DNA from: a virus
Taxonomy: Duplodnaviria > Caudoviricetes
Length of the DNA: 64,000 nt
Direction: 5' to 3' (one strand)
IMG/VR virus record: IMGVR_UViG_3300027884_000039
Coordinates: 15,113-79,112 of that record
The notes beneath the pieces are model-generated. The model was not told where the DNA came from, made no database searches, and saw nothing but the letters and a program-made list of their open reading frames with translations. The position numbers were made by a program, and so were the translations under genes. Shown here piece by piece: positions 19,960 through 28,948 of this stretch. Each line of letters opens with the position of its first letter. Position 1 is the first letter of the stretch.

Positions 19960-20318
19960 TGGCTCCTGATCAACTCATCCGGTTTCGTGAATTGCTGACC
20001 AGCCTAGAGGCGGATTGTCCCTTGAATGACGACGAATTGGAGGCTGTCAGTAACCCGCTCTTTTGCGAGGAGTGGGTAGAAGCGATCGGCGGGGGTACGA
20101 TGAAAAAGACCTGTACTGCGCTCAATTACTTGCGGGACATCATTGTCAGGTATCAATTCACTACGGTTGAGGAGTTGCTGGCTTATTTTAGGCTCAAGCG
20201 CGAAGAGATGATAGCCTTATTCCGGAAGTGGGAGATCATGACACCTAAGGAACTGGAAGCTGAGCGTAAAGCCCGTTGGGCTCGACTAGACAAGTTTAGG
20301 CAATCACTATTCAACTAA
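19956..20318 (+). CDS. hypothetical protein
   Basis: 120-aa ORF, ATGA overlap. Confidence 0.6.
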   Translation: MMAPDQLIRFRELLTSLEADCPLNDDELEAVSNPLFCEEWVEAIGGGTMKKTCTALNYLRDIIVRYQFTTVEELLAYFRLKREEMIALFRKWEIMTPKELEAERKARWARLDKFRQSLFN

Positions 20319-20322
20319 GGAT

Positions 20323-20799
20323 ATGACTGAAGAACTAATCACCTGGCCAACAGCGAAGCTGGCGAAGGAAAAGGGCTTTGACCTGGAAACGAGGGATTGT
20401 TTTGAATGGTATATATATGAAGGAAAAGAATACGGACCCTACGTCGTCGATCCGATTACGCCTGAATGGTTGGCCCACCTGCCTAAGGAATCACGAGAAG
20501 CGATAGTCAATCGGCCCGGTTTATTTTTGAACTCACGAAAAGAGGGTTTTTTAGCACAGTGGCTCTGGCGCCGACCCACCCAGGACCTGCTCGCGCGATG
20601 GCTGCGGGAGGTGCATGGATTGAGTGTCGGTGTTTATGAATATGAGGACCAGACATGGCAGTGGATTATTCAGAAGATGCATACACAAATAGAACATAGT
20701 GTATTACCAGAGGATATTACCGGAAAACCAGGTAGTAGTCCGACCCATGAACTCGCCCGCGAAGCCGCCCTTTATCACGCTTTAACATTACTATCATGA
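20323..20799 (+). CDS. conserved Bacteroidota-phage protein (TAKLAKEKGF family)
   Basis: ELITWPTAKLAKEKGFD, RPTQDLLARWLREVHGL, AREAALYHAL. Confidence 0.75.
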   Translation: MTEELITWPTAKLAKEKGFDLETRDCFEWYIYEGKEYGPYVVDPITPEWLAHLPKESREAIVNRPGLFLNSRKEGFLAQWLWRRPTQDLLARWLREVHGLSVGVYEYEDQTWQWIIQKMHTQIEHSVLPEDITGKPGSSPTHELAREAALYHALTLLS

Positions 20800-21185
20800 C
20801 ATTCCTGTATTGGTTTATAGCTATCTATTTCATGTCCGTCATTACGGTACTCAGTATTATCGACGAATTGTTAAAAACGTCAAAACTTTCTGACGGGGAG
20901 AAAGAGGTAGGTAGATGGGCAGCGCCATGGGTCCCCGTCATCAATTTCATGATCACCGTAATCTGGGGCTTTCACAAATTGATGTGCATCTATGAACGGT
21001 GGGAGGAAAGGAAACATCAACGAAAAGAAGCTAGGCGACTAAAAAAACATGAAGAGCGGTCACACCGATTCATGCTAATGTCAGATGAAGAAAGGGAAGC
21101 TGAAATAGTGAAAATCAATGCCAAAGAGCCCGGCACCATTATTAAAGAATTAGACTGGGATAAAGTCGATGAAACCGAAGAATAG
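20796..21185 (+). CDS. membrane protein (paralog A)
   Basis: two hydrophobic segments, then charged tail with MSDEERE. Confidence 0.65.
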   Translation: MTFLYWFIAIYFMSVITVLSIIDELLKTSKLSDGEKEVGRWAAPWVPVINFMITVIWGFHKLMCIYERWEERKHQRKEARRLKKHEERSHRFMLMSDEEREAEIVKINAKEPGTIIKELDWDKVDETEE

Positions 21186-21189
21186 CATC

Positions 21190-21283
21190 TGCCACATCTA
21201 TGTATCCGGGGCCGATGTTTTATAAATCTTATGACGTGGCAGCGGAAGCTGCCATCAATCACGCTTTAACAATATTACCATGA
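21190..21283 (+). pseudogene. remnant copy of the 3' end of gene 20323-20799
   Basis: encodes ..YDVAAEAAINHALTILP* versus THELAREAALYHALTLLS*; 14-bp identity ATCACGCTTTAACA at 20774 and 21258. Confidence 0.6.
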
Positions 21284-21663
21284 CTATATTCCTGTGGTGT
21301 ACGGCGATCTACTTCATTAGTCTACTGGTCATGCGTAGCGTGATGGAAGAGGCCTTGGATATGCTCCAGTACGATGAGGAATGGAAAAGAAATATCCTGC
21401 GGTCCTTGGTTCCTTTGTTGCCCATCGTTAACACGATCTCTTGCCTTTTTTGGTGTGAGCAGCGTATCAGGCGCTGGTGGCGCAACCGCAAAGAGCGCAG
21501 ACTCGTTAAGAAGATCAACAAGATCAATGCGAAAAATGGAGTATGCTCATTAGAAGAGTTCGCGGCGATGAGCGATGAAGAGCGCGAGCAGTATGCGGCA
21601 TGGGTGAACGAGCATACGGACGGGCGAGTTAAGATATGGAAGGAGGGGACCAAGAAACCATGA
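21280..21663 (+). CDS. membrane protein (paralog B)
   Basis: AIYF, P..N, KINAK, MSDEERE shared with 20796-21185. Confidence 0.65.
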   Translation: MTIFLWCTAIYFISLLVMRSVMEEALDMLQYDEEWKRNILRSLVPLLPIVNTISCLFWCEQRIRRWWRNRKERRLVKKINKINAKNGVCSLEEFAAMSDEEREQYAAWVNEHTDGRVKIWKEGTKKP

Positions 21664-21687
21664 TGCTTATCTATCATTTAGATTGGA

Positions 21688-22065
21688 ATGCAAATTAATC
21701 GCCACATATATGTAGTAGGCACCAACACTGAAGGTCGTCATGGGATGGGAACCGCACGCGTTGCCCAACTCAAGCACGGCTTAATGTATGGTTTTAGTCG
21801 GGGATTGTGCGGCGATACCTACGCGATCTGTACCAAGGATTTACGAATCGGGAAGCGGAGTATTCCATTAATTGATATCGAGGCGCAATTAGCCCGAATG
21901 TTCAGCGGCTATGTCCTGGTATATCCTCGTTGGATATACCACGTGCCCGCGATCGGATGTGGGCTAGCGGGGTACAGGCCCGAAGAGATCGCGCCGATGT
22001 TCAAGGAGGTATGGGACTTGCCGAACCTGGACTTATGTGCTGAATTTAAAGCCATCTTAATATGA
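21688..22065 (+). CDS. macro-domain-like phage protein (A1S_2505-like)
   Basis: IYVVGTNTEGRHGMGTA, GLCGDTYAI, IGCGLAGY..EEIAPMF. Confidence 0.8.
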   Translation: MQINRHIYVVGTNTEGRHGMGTARVAQLKHGLMYGFSRGLCGDTYAICTKDLRIGKRSIPLIDIEAQLARMFSGYVLVYPRWIYHVPAIGCGLAGYRPEEIAPMFKEVWDLPNLDLCAEFKAILI

Positions 22066-22349
22066 CCAAGTGGAAGATGATCACAATGGCTGACGTAGCG
22101 GAGCGAGCGCAATCCAGTGTCTCAGCGGTATCCTATGTGATCAATAAGAAAGCGGTGGGCCGCACCAGGGTAGCGACAGCGACACAGGAAAGAATCTATA
22201 AGGCGATCGCGGAGTTGGGGTATACCAAGGAGCATAAAGGCGACAATGACTTTATGGAGCGTGCGTTCCTGGATTTTGCGGAGTTTTTAGGGATTCCAGG
22301 GCGGGAGGAGAAAGTCAAGACGTATATACGGTACAAATATGATAAATAG
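22062..22349 (+). CDS. LacI-type HTH protein (DNA-binding domain only)
   Basis: TMADVAERAQSSVSAVSYVINKK..VATATQERIYKAIAELGY. Confidence 0.85.
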   Translation: MTKWKMITMADVAERAQSSVSAVSYVINKKAVGRTRVATATQERIYKAIAELGYTKEHKGDNDFMERAFLDFAEFLGIPGREEKVKTYIRYKYDK

Positions 22350-22581
22350 ACCAAGAAAGATCAACTACCCAGCGGCAGCTAAGCGGTCCATTCCGACGCT
22401 CCTGGAACATTACATGAACAAGGAAGGCGTTAGCCAGGTGATCATGGCTACCATGATTGAGATGACGCCAGCGCAACTCAACAACATATTGCAGGGCCGG
22501 CAAAACCCGAGCCGTCGCCTGTTAAAGGTACTGCATAGTAAGTTCAAGATTGATGGTAATCTGTTAATATCATTACTATGA
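22339..22581 (+). CDS. XRE-family HTH protein
   Basis: SQVIMATMIEMTPAQLNNILQGRQNPS. Confidence 0.75.
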   Translation: MINRPRKINYPAAAKRSIPTLLEHYMNKEGVSQVIMATMIEMTPAQLNNILQGRQNPSRRLLKVLHSKFKIDGNLLISLL

Positions 22582-22892
22582 ATCCCCTTGAATATACCAT
22601 TGCCCCAGGTAAGTTCCTGGCCATCTGGATCACGGGTTCAGCCCAGGGCTATATTGCTGAAGTGATCCAGGTAGAGCCCACGATCCTAAAGGTGATGGAA
22701 TCCGGGCCCCTCGCCAAGCTGAAGGAAGAGGATTATATCATCCAGCGTATTGAATCAGCTACCTTGCAGCGTAATGACAAGTACGCCGAGCGCATGCTAC
22801 GTAACAGGAAGAAACAGGGATTGCCCTTTATGTCCGGGCTGAAGAGCCTCGGAGTGACAGATAATTGTTTACATGAAATCTATCCACAATGA
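22578..22892 (+). CDS. hypothetical protein
   Basis: 104-aa ORF with overlapping start/stop. Confidence 0.55.
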   Translation: MNPLEYTIAPGKFLAIWITGSAQGYIAEVIQVEPTILKVMESGPLAKLKEEDYIIQRIESATLQRNDKYAERMLRNRKKQGLPFMSGLKSLGVTDNCLHEIYPQ

Positions 22893-23221
22893 AGAATTCA
22901 CCTACACTGTCCAATGAAACCGTTCAACGTCTCAAGCAGCTTGCCGCGCGGATACAGCAGGCGATGGAGGAGAGGGGGATGGTGCCAGCCGAACTAGCCC
23001 GAAGAATGGGTGTGACGGATGCTTATGTCCGTCGGATTTTAAAGCATGGATTAAATATAAGCTTGGATATTTTGTGGCGATTCGAACAAGTGCTGGAGAC
23101 GCCCTTGTTGACGCAAGGAACCTTTATTAGCATGACGCCTGAGCAGAACCGCCAAGCGGCCATCGGCCGCGTAATCGAAGAGCTCGTTAAATATATTGTC
23201 GATGATTCGCAAGGAAATTAA
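22889..23221 (+). CDS. XRE-family HTH protein
   Basis: MVPAELARRMGVTDAYVRRILK..NISLDIL. Confidence 0.8.
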   Translation: MKNSPTLSNETVQRLKQLAARIQQAMEERGMVPAELARRMGVTDAYVRRILKHGLNISLDILWRFEQVLETPLLTQGTFISMTPEQNRQAAIGRVIEELVKYIVDDSQGN

Positions 23222-23753
23222 GCCGATTGATTTTCCACCACAGGTACTGGCAAGTTATAGCGAAATCTTAGATTATTATTGCTATATGAATAAATGTAAG
23301 GTGGTCCATCTCAGCAGTAGCGCTAAGATTGCCCCATCGTCCATATCGGCTATGCGCAACGGGCACCATCCGTCCCCGCGTCTTGCTGATTTTATGGTAG
23401 AACAAATGGGCGTGCCCAGGGAAGCATTGGACAAATTGGCTAGTATTGAAAAGCTGGCGTTGAGTCACCGAGAAATTAAATTGCATCCTATTGAATGGCC
23501 AGCGGAAAAGCTCACAGATTTCACCACTATCATCAGGCATTATTGCCATGTGATGGAGATAACACAATGGGAATTAGCTTATATGCATGATTTTTCAAAA
23601 TCATATATTTCGCAGTTGAATTCAGGGGTCATCGAAATCCCGAACATGCGTTTTCTCAAGATCATGCGCGATGTGATGGGAGTAGATGCAAATGTAATAT
23701 TTGATCTGATAGAGTTTACGCCAAGCGATCCAGACAATAAAGAGCCTACTTAA
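23196..23753 (+). CDS. tandem double XRE-like HTH protein
   Basis: internal duplication: PIDFP..IL..YC..HLSS..ISAMRNG and PIEWP..II..YC..ELAY..YISQLNSG. Confidence 0.7.
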   Translation: MSMIRKEIKPIDFPPQVLASYSEILDYYCYMNKCKVVHLSSSAKIAPSSISAMRNGHHPSPRLADFMVEQMGVPREALDKLASIEKLALSHREIKLHPIEWPAEKLTDFTTIIRHYCHVMEITQWELAYMHDFSKSYISQLNSGVIEIPNMRFLKIMRDVMGVDANVIFDLIEFTPSDPDNKEPT

Positions 23754-23764
23754 AACCTAACCAT

Positions 23765-24124
23765 ATGCGCGCTTTAACTCGTAGACAAATCCTGCATAAA
23801 TATGGCAGCTTCGATGAGAAGCAGACTGACGCGATCTTTCGAGCCATGGACGAGTGGCGTGATCAGTTCGCAGCCAGATATATCGGAGATAGAACGCTGC
23901 CTACCTATAGCGACCCGATCGACCTGATTAAGAAAGTGATGCAAGAGGAAGGCATAAGAACATCGGAGCTTAGCCGCACGATAGAGATCGATCAAGCGTA
24001 CGTGTATAGAATAATCGAGTATAAGAAAATGATCTCACGCCCAATGATCCACAAGGTAGCGGCCTTATTTAGGATATCAGTAGACGTGCTCAGCGAACCA
24101 TATGAACTAAAACCAAAGCCATGA
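23765..24124 (+). CDS. XRE-family HTH protein (HigA-like C-terminus)
   Basis: DPIDLIKKVMQEEGIRTSELSRTIEIDQAYVYRIIEYKKMISRPMIHKV. Confidence 0.7.
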   Translation: MRALTRRQILHKYGSFDEKQTDAIFRAMDEWRDQFAARYIGDRTLPTYSDPIDLIKKVMQEEGIRTSELSRTIEIDQAYVYRIIEYKKMISRPMIHKVAALFRISVDVLSEPYELKPKP

Positions 24125-24318
24125 ATAATAAAAAACTGTACCTTGTACTCGCGGTGAGTATGGTTTTATTGGCGATCACCAATGCGATCCTAGCCTACCA
24201 GGTCTCCAAAGATCGGCAGGAACGCCATGCAGGCGGATCGTTGAAGTCACTGCAAGAGTTGTTATCGCAGGACTCTTCCATACAGATGACGCCCATCATG
24301 CCCATGATCACCATGTAG
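24121..24318 (+). CDS. small membrane-anchored protein
   Basis: N-terminal hydrophobic helix. Confidence 0.55.
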   Translation: MNNKKLYLVLAVSMVLLAITNAILAYQVSKDRQERHAGGSLKSLQELLSQDSSIQMTPIMPMITM

Positions 24319-24339
24319 ACAAAAACTAAACTATACAAG

Positions 24340-24546
24340 ATGAAGAAAGCACTTTTTATTTGGGGAGCACTATGGTTCTTAGCTGTAGTCATTGCGATTA
24401 TGATATTAGCCGCTAAGATGGGTGATCTGGCTACGGTTATTGATCATCACGACAAGCAGCTTCACGATATGCTGTACTTCGATTCGCTCACCGCGATGAA
24501 GCCAGGTACCGGTGATACGACTACTTTCATCATAAAGAAACACTAA
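24340..24546 (+). CDS. small membrane-anchored protein
   Basis: N-terminal hydrophobic helix. Confidence 0.55.
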   Translation: MKKALFIWGALWFLAVVIAIMILAAKMGDLATVIDHHDKQLHDMLYFDSLTAMKPGTGDTTTFIIKKH

Positions 24547-24662
24547 AAAAAGGTGAATGAATTCTTTGCATCGTATTATTTTTATTGTATCATTGTAGTC
24601 TCTCACTAGTGGTTTAGTGCGAGGTAAGCAACCAGTCAGCCCCGTATCGATCGGGGCTGTAT

Positions 24663-24733
24663 GCCAGGGTGGCCGAGCGGTTAGGTCCAGGTCTGCAAAA
24701 CCTGGTACATCGGTTCGAATCCGATCCCTGGTT
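24663..24733 (+). tRNA. tRNA-Cys(GCA)
   Basis: acceptor GCCAGGG/CCCTGGT, anticodon loop CTGCAAA, T-arm ATCGG TTCGAAT CCGAT, U discriminator; CCA not encoded. Confidence 0.9.
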
Positions 24734-24735
24734 CG

Positions 24736-25218
24736 ATGAGAATTATTAAGCCTGAACGTAAACTTCGCCTGTTGCGTGATTACATGAATGAGTGGATAGA
24801 TGCATGGCCAACGAAGTTTAGGCCATTTGATCGTTGGCTGGAATCAACATTTGACAAAGCGCTATACAAAGGCAAGATGAAGGCAGTTGCTATGTACAAA
24901 GCAAGGTGCCGTTATTGCCGTCGAGAGTTTGACGAGACCCTGGAGAAAACGAAGGATCACGTTGTCCCCCTCTCCAGGGGAGGATTGGATCATAAGGAAA
25001 ATAGAGTACCCTGTTGTTTTGAATGCAATCAATGGAAAGCAGACCGAACATTAATTGCATGGTTAAAGGAGATCAGACGAAGAATCAAAAAAGATCAGCC
25101 TTATAAATCGCATTATGGCGTATCACAGATGGGAAGAATAGCAGCCGCTATTGAAACAGTGCTGGCAGAAGTAAAGGCGAATGAAACGAAAGCATCTATC
25201 TATAAAGTTAAGAAGTAA
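24736..25218 (+). CDS. HNH endonuclease (Zn-binding)
   Basis: CRYC..KTKDHVVPLSRGGLDHKENRVPCCFECNQWK. Confidence 0.9.
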   Translation: MRIIKPERKLRLLRDYMNEWIDAWPTKFRPFDRWLESTFDKALYKGKMKAVAMYKARCRYCRREFDETLEKTKDHVVPLSRGGLDHKENRVPCCFECNQWKADRTLIAWLKEIRRRIKKDQPYKSHYGVSQMGRIAAAIETVLAEVKANETKASIYKVKK

Positions 25219-25238
25219 TATGGAGCATCCAACTCCAA

Positions 25239-25444
25239 GCGCGAGAGTAACAGGGAAACCAGTGAGCGCAAACGATGGACTGATACAGTCACCGTTGGTT
25301 ACAACGGCAGTCTAAGCTCAAAGACACTGTAGGCAGGCGAATGAGAGGACCTGTGTAGGTCGGACAGGCAACTGGATAGAACGACACTGTGCAATCGTTT
25401 AGCCCTTCCCGTGAGGTGCTGGCTGTAATCGGGGCCTCTCGCGT
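25239..25444 (+). ncRNA. candidate ~205-nt structured ncRNA
   Basis: closing stem GCGCGAGAG/CTCTCGCGT, many internal helices, GNRA loops (GAAA, GCAA, GTGA), followed by a T-run. Confidence 0.55.
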
Positions 25445-25512
25445 TTTTAAAAGTTTTGTTTTCTCATGTGAAGGTTAAGGCCTGGTAGTTTCGATGATTA
25501 CGTTTTAATGAA

Positions 25513-25548
25513 AAAGGGCGGCCTGTAGTAGGCCGCTCTTTTGTTTTG
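25513..25548 (+). terminator. intrinsic terminator
   Basis: GGGCGGCCT/AGGCCGCTC stem followed by TTTTGTTTT. Confidence 0.7.
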
Positions 25549-25608
25549 GCAATATTAAATTCCAATTGTATATTTGTAGCCAATTAGTTATTGAAGATGA
25601 AAAAATTC

Positions 25609-25636
25609 GCCTCCTGTTTCTACAGGAGGCTTTTTA
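25609..25636 (+). terminator. intrinsic terminator with GTTTCTAC loop
   Basis: GCCTCCTGT TTCT ACAGGAGGC TTTTT. Confidence 0.7.
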
Positions 25637-25774
25637 ATGTACCAACTTTATTATATATTGCATCGTCGCACCGCCCGAAAGGGGGTTAAGCGACTTCTAT
25701 TTTTTGGTTCTGAACGAGAACCTAATATGGATAGCAAAAGAAACGCGGCCTCCATTTCCATGGGGGCCTTTTAT

Positions 25775-28201
25775 TTAGAACGGCGCCACTTCCTTGCTAA
25801 ACACTCTGCCTCTAACGGTGTCATATAGTTCTCGACGTATCTGCTCTTGTAGCAGGACAATGCTATGTCGCTCCGCCCAGTCGTCAAGGGCTTCAGCCAT
25901 CCGCGCGGGTGACAACCGGTAGCGGGAATCAAGGTCTTCTTTAATCAGATAGTGCTGGTAGTGTTGATTGAACTGGTCGTTGGTGACAAAGGACAAGCGC
26001 AGCCACGCTTCAATATGGGCTTCAATAAACTGTCGCGTATAGGGGTTATAATGCTGATCGAACTGTTTCTGCCATCCGGTGTCACTCAGACGCCCTGGTT
26101 GCAGTTTACCCCCTCCAGCAAGGTAATGCTGAATCGATCCGATGATAATATTATCATATTGTTGCCACTGGTGGGCGTCCCAATCGTAGGGGAATAGCTT
26201 ACCGAAGTGCGTATCTACGCCTTTAGCTAAAGTAAAGAATGGCGTGAACTCCAGTGGAATGATACGACGTAGCAATCCTCCATCTGCTATATCATAAGAG
26301 TAGTTCGTTGAGACGACGAACTTGCACATTTGATCGGAGGAAATGACAAGGTCATCCTTGTACAGTTTCTTTTGGATCGCCGCGCCAGAGGAGGGTTCTT
26401 TTAAGAATAAGAAGTTGAAGTTCTTCGGGACATCATTGAGGGCCAGCACCCGCTCAAAATTCCAGGCCTGGAGGAACTTTTCATTGAACTGTGCCTGCAC
26501 CCCGGCGATGTTCTTGAGCGTAGTAGAGTGGCCGAGCAAGTTCGTAAAGATATTCTTGCCCGTGCCGCCTCCATCCCTGGGATTGGCAGCCTGATCGACA
26601 AGCAGGATGATATAAGCCATGCTCTCGTCTTTATAATCGTGCGTGAGGTAGCCGATGATCCGCCAGAGATAGGTAGAGATGCCAATGGCCAGCGAGAGGA
26701 ATTGATAATAGAGTCCCTGCTGATCTAGCTCAGCCGCCTGGTAATCGCGCGGGATAATATCGGTAGCCCATACCAGCCAGTGATTACTCAGCAGGGAATA
26801 GGGATAGAAATTGACACTATCGGCAGTAATGCCCAGGTAACCGTTGCGGAAGTATTTATAGGATAGTGTCTTGGTAGACTTCATTAGGCGATTTTCATCA
26901 AAGAGTTCAATCCGGGTGATGGAGAATTCACCAGCCGATTGGAAGAACGCTTCGGCGACGTTGATCACTTCTTCCACCTCGCCAATATAGGTCTTCAGAC
27001 TATCGTAGAAGGCGCGCGGACTGGTGCGCGTAACTGTATAACCTTCTATCAGGACAAGCTGTCCTTGATAATTGCGGTATCCCAGCGCGCTGGCTACCGA
27101 GTATAACTTCTCTCGGTTGATGATTGTCTTTCCGGCCTTACTCGTATTCCAGTAAATGCCATGTGGAAACTTCGTCTGCTGTTCCACGTGAAATGCCTTG
27201 GCGGCCGCTGAAGCATTGGCCGGAAGCGGTTCGCCGCGTTTGATTATTCCTTGTTCGATATGTGGTCGGAGTCTACCGTATCCTTGTTGAACCAGAAATG
27301 AATAGGTTGCTCTTTTGTCTCCGCCAAATCGTAGGATTGCCAGTAGGGTTGCAGGGTGGTATCCCCGCTCGGCATCGAGTCCAGTGGATGTTGTAAATAT
27401 ATAGTATATTCTGGTTTGTCTATTGAAGCTGGCGCTGATACCAGCACTTTTACCGGGTCGCCAGTAATATTGATAAGCTTGATTGTGATCTCCTGCGGTC
27501 CACCCGAAGTCAAGCAAAACTGTTTCAGCGCAATGTGAATGATTATACGCTTCGAACGGGTTTTCTTCATAATAATCCATTTCTGGTTTACTGATCGTGA
27601 CCGGCGTCGCGATCTTGATCTTCTCGTTGAAACTTCTAGCCAGGTTGACCAGGCTCTCGCGTTGCTCGATAGTAATCACCGGTATCGGCTGATCCCGATA
27701 CACCTGGTAACCCAAGGAGGGAGGAGCGACGATATAGCCGCCCTCCCCTCTTGTTTCGATTCCGGCAAGACTGCTACCCACAGCCGTTGCCAGTTTCAGG
27801 TTACCCACACCAGACGGCTGATCCGTCCGGTACAGTATATGAAAGCCACCGGAGGGCGTAGAATGAATGCGCAGCCTTGTCCAGAGCAAGGGATAAATCT
27901 CGCGGATCGCTTCGAACAGGCGTGCATCGATCCCCGGCCAGTTCTTCACATCAATATCGATCGCCTCCAGGTTGCCGCTCACCGCGCCGCAGATGATGGC
28001 TACAGCGCAGGTTCCATGTTCTTCCATCCCATGCCATAACTCTTCCTCGCTCACCCTTCGCTGCTGAAATTGCTTCCACTGCCCATACGGCGTCTTCGCT
28101 GGTTTTCCATCTTGCTCCCGGTCGCGTACAGGGATCAGCGATACCCCTGCTGCGAGTAGGTCCGTCACCTGTTGCCATACGGCGCTGAGCGATTCGGGCA
28201 T
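25775..28201 (-). CDS. bifunctional primase-polymerase (Prim-Pol) fused to a P-loop helicase-like domain
   Basis: LEAIDIDVK, HSTPSGGFHILY, ETRGEGGYIVAPPS (AEP Prim-Pol); C-terminal GGTGKNIF Walker A and LNDV. Confidence 0.85.
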   Translation of the reverse strand: MPESLSAVWQQVTDLLAAGVSLIPVRDREQDGKPAKTPYGQWKQFQQRRVSEEELWHGMEEHGTCAVAIICGAVSGNLEAIDIDVKNWPGIDARLFEAIREIYPLLWTRLRIHSTPSGGFHILYRTDQPSGVGNLKLATAVGSSLAGIETRGEGGYIVAPPSLGYQVYRDQPIPVITIEQRESLVNLARSFNEKIKIATPVTISKPEMDYYEENPFEAYNHSHCAETVLLDFGWTAGDHNQAYQYYWRPGKSAGISASFNRQTRIYYIFTTSTGLDAERGYHPATLLAILRFGGDKRATYSFLVQQGYGRLRPHIEQGIIKRGEPLPANASAAAKAFHVEQQTKFPHGIYWNTSKAGKTIINREKLYSVASALGYRNYQGQLVLIEGYTVTRTSPRAFYDSLKTYIGEVEEVINVAEAFFQSAGEFSITRIELFDENRLMKSTKTLSYKYFRNGYLGITADSVNFYPYSLLSNHWLVWATDIIPRDYQAAELDQQGLYYQFLSLAIGISTYLWRIIGYLTHDYKDESMAYIILLVDQAANPRDGGGTGKNIFTNLLGHSTTLKNIAGVQAQFNEKFLQAWNFERVLALNDVPKNFNFLFLKEPSSGAAIQKKLYKDDLVISSDQMCKFVVSTNYSYDIADGGLLRRIIPLEFTPFFTLAKGVDTHFGKLFPYDWDAHQWQQYDNIIIGSIQHYLAGGGKLQPGRLSDTGWQKQFDQHYNPYTRQFIEAHIEAWLRLSFVTNDQFNQHYQHYLIKEDLDSRYRLSPARMAEALDDWAERHSIVLLQEQIRRELYDTVRGRVFSKEVAPF

Positions 28202-28223
28202 GGTTCATATATGGGTTGATTGG

Positions 28224-28715
28224 TTAGTCAAGCGTTGTATACAAGTCCGGATCATCCAATAATTTTTTGTCCGTCACAATAAACCAATAGTACCACTGGT
28301 AAAACGATTGCATGTCCCGAGCCACATAATAAATCCCACCAGCCTCCTGAATATCGCTCTGCTGCTTTACCTGGGCATCACTCAGATGGTCCTTGCCTAC
28401 CTTCACTTCTATCCATACTGAACGCCCGCTAATAATCGCTGTAATATCCGGGGTCCCTCGCTTGGTATGGCTGGTCGTCCATTTGATGCGGCCCCCATCT
28501 GCTCTCGCCTGCCCCTGCGTGCTGATCCGGTTCGCATAATGACCCTTCCACGCGAGGAATTTAATAATCAACTGCGTCAGCCCGTTAGCCGTTCGATCGG
28601 TAGGGATTTTGGGCTCGATTGGGGGGAAGCTGGGGTATTTCCGGGTGATATGCTCTTTGTACAATCGCTTGTATTCTTCTCTCCAGGTTGGTTTTGGGTT
28701 CATAATGGCTATCAT
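28224..28715 (-). CDS. VRR-NUC / PD-(D/E)XK nuclease (resolvase-like)
   Basis: GTPDI..WIEVKVGKDHLSDAQ..GGIYYVARD. Confidence 0.85.
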   Translation of the reverse strand: MIAIMNPKPTWREEYKRLYKEHITRKYPSFPPIEPKIPTDRTANGLTQLIIKFLAWKGHYANRISTQGQARADGGRIKWTTSHTKRGTPDITAIISGRSVWIEVKVGKDHLSDAQVKQQSDIQEAGGIYYVARDMQSFYQWYYWFIVTDKKLLDDPDLYTTLD

Positions 28716-28948
28716 TGGTCACCCGAATGGGCGGCAGATTCATTTTACTTTGCTTGATCACATAGATGTCCGCTTTCGGTTCAAGGCTATCGCGCACCCA
28801 AAGGATGTAGGCGAAGGAGCCCCGGAAGTGGATGCCCGCGATGTCCAATTCATATTCTTCCATTAGCAAAAGATTATGTAGAGTAAAAAAATAAGAATGA
28901 CCAGGTAAAGGATCGGTACTAAGCAGCCAGGCGGTGGTGGTTTATCTT

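Noticed and set aside
24663-25218. IscB/Cas9-like RNA-guided nuclease identity for the HNH protein
   Set aside because: Only 160 aa with no RuvC motifs or bridge helix; only the RNA association is kept as a hypothesis
28585-28869. 94-aa minus-strand ORF as a confident gene
   Set aside because: It overlaps the VRR-NUC gene by ~130 nt and has no recognisable motif; it may be a shorter real gene but cannot be supported
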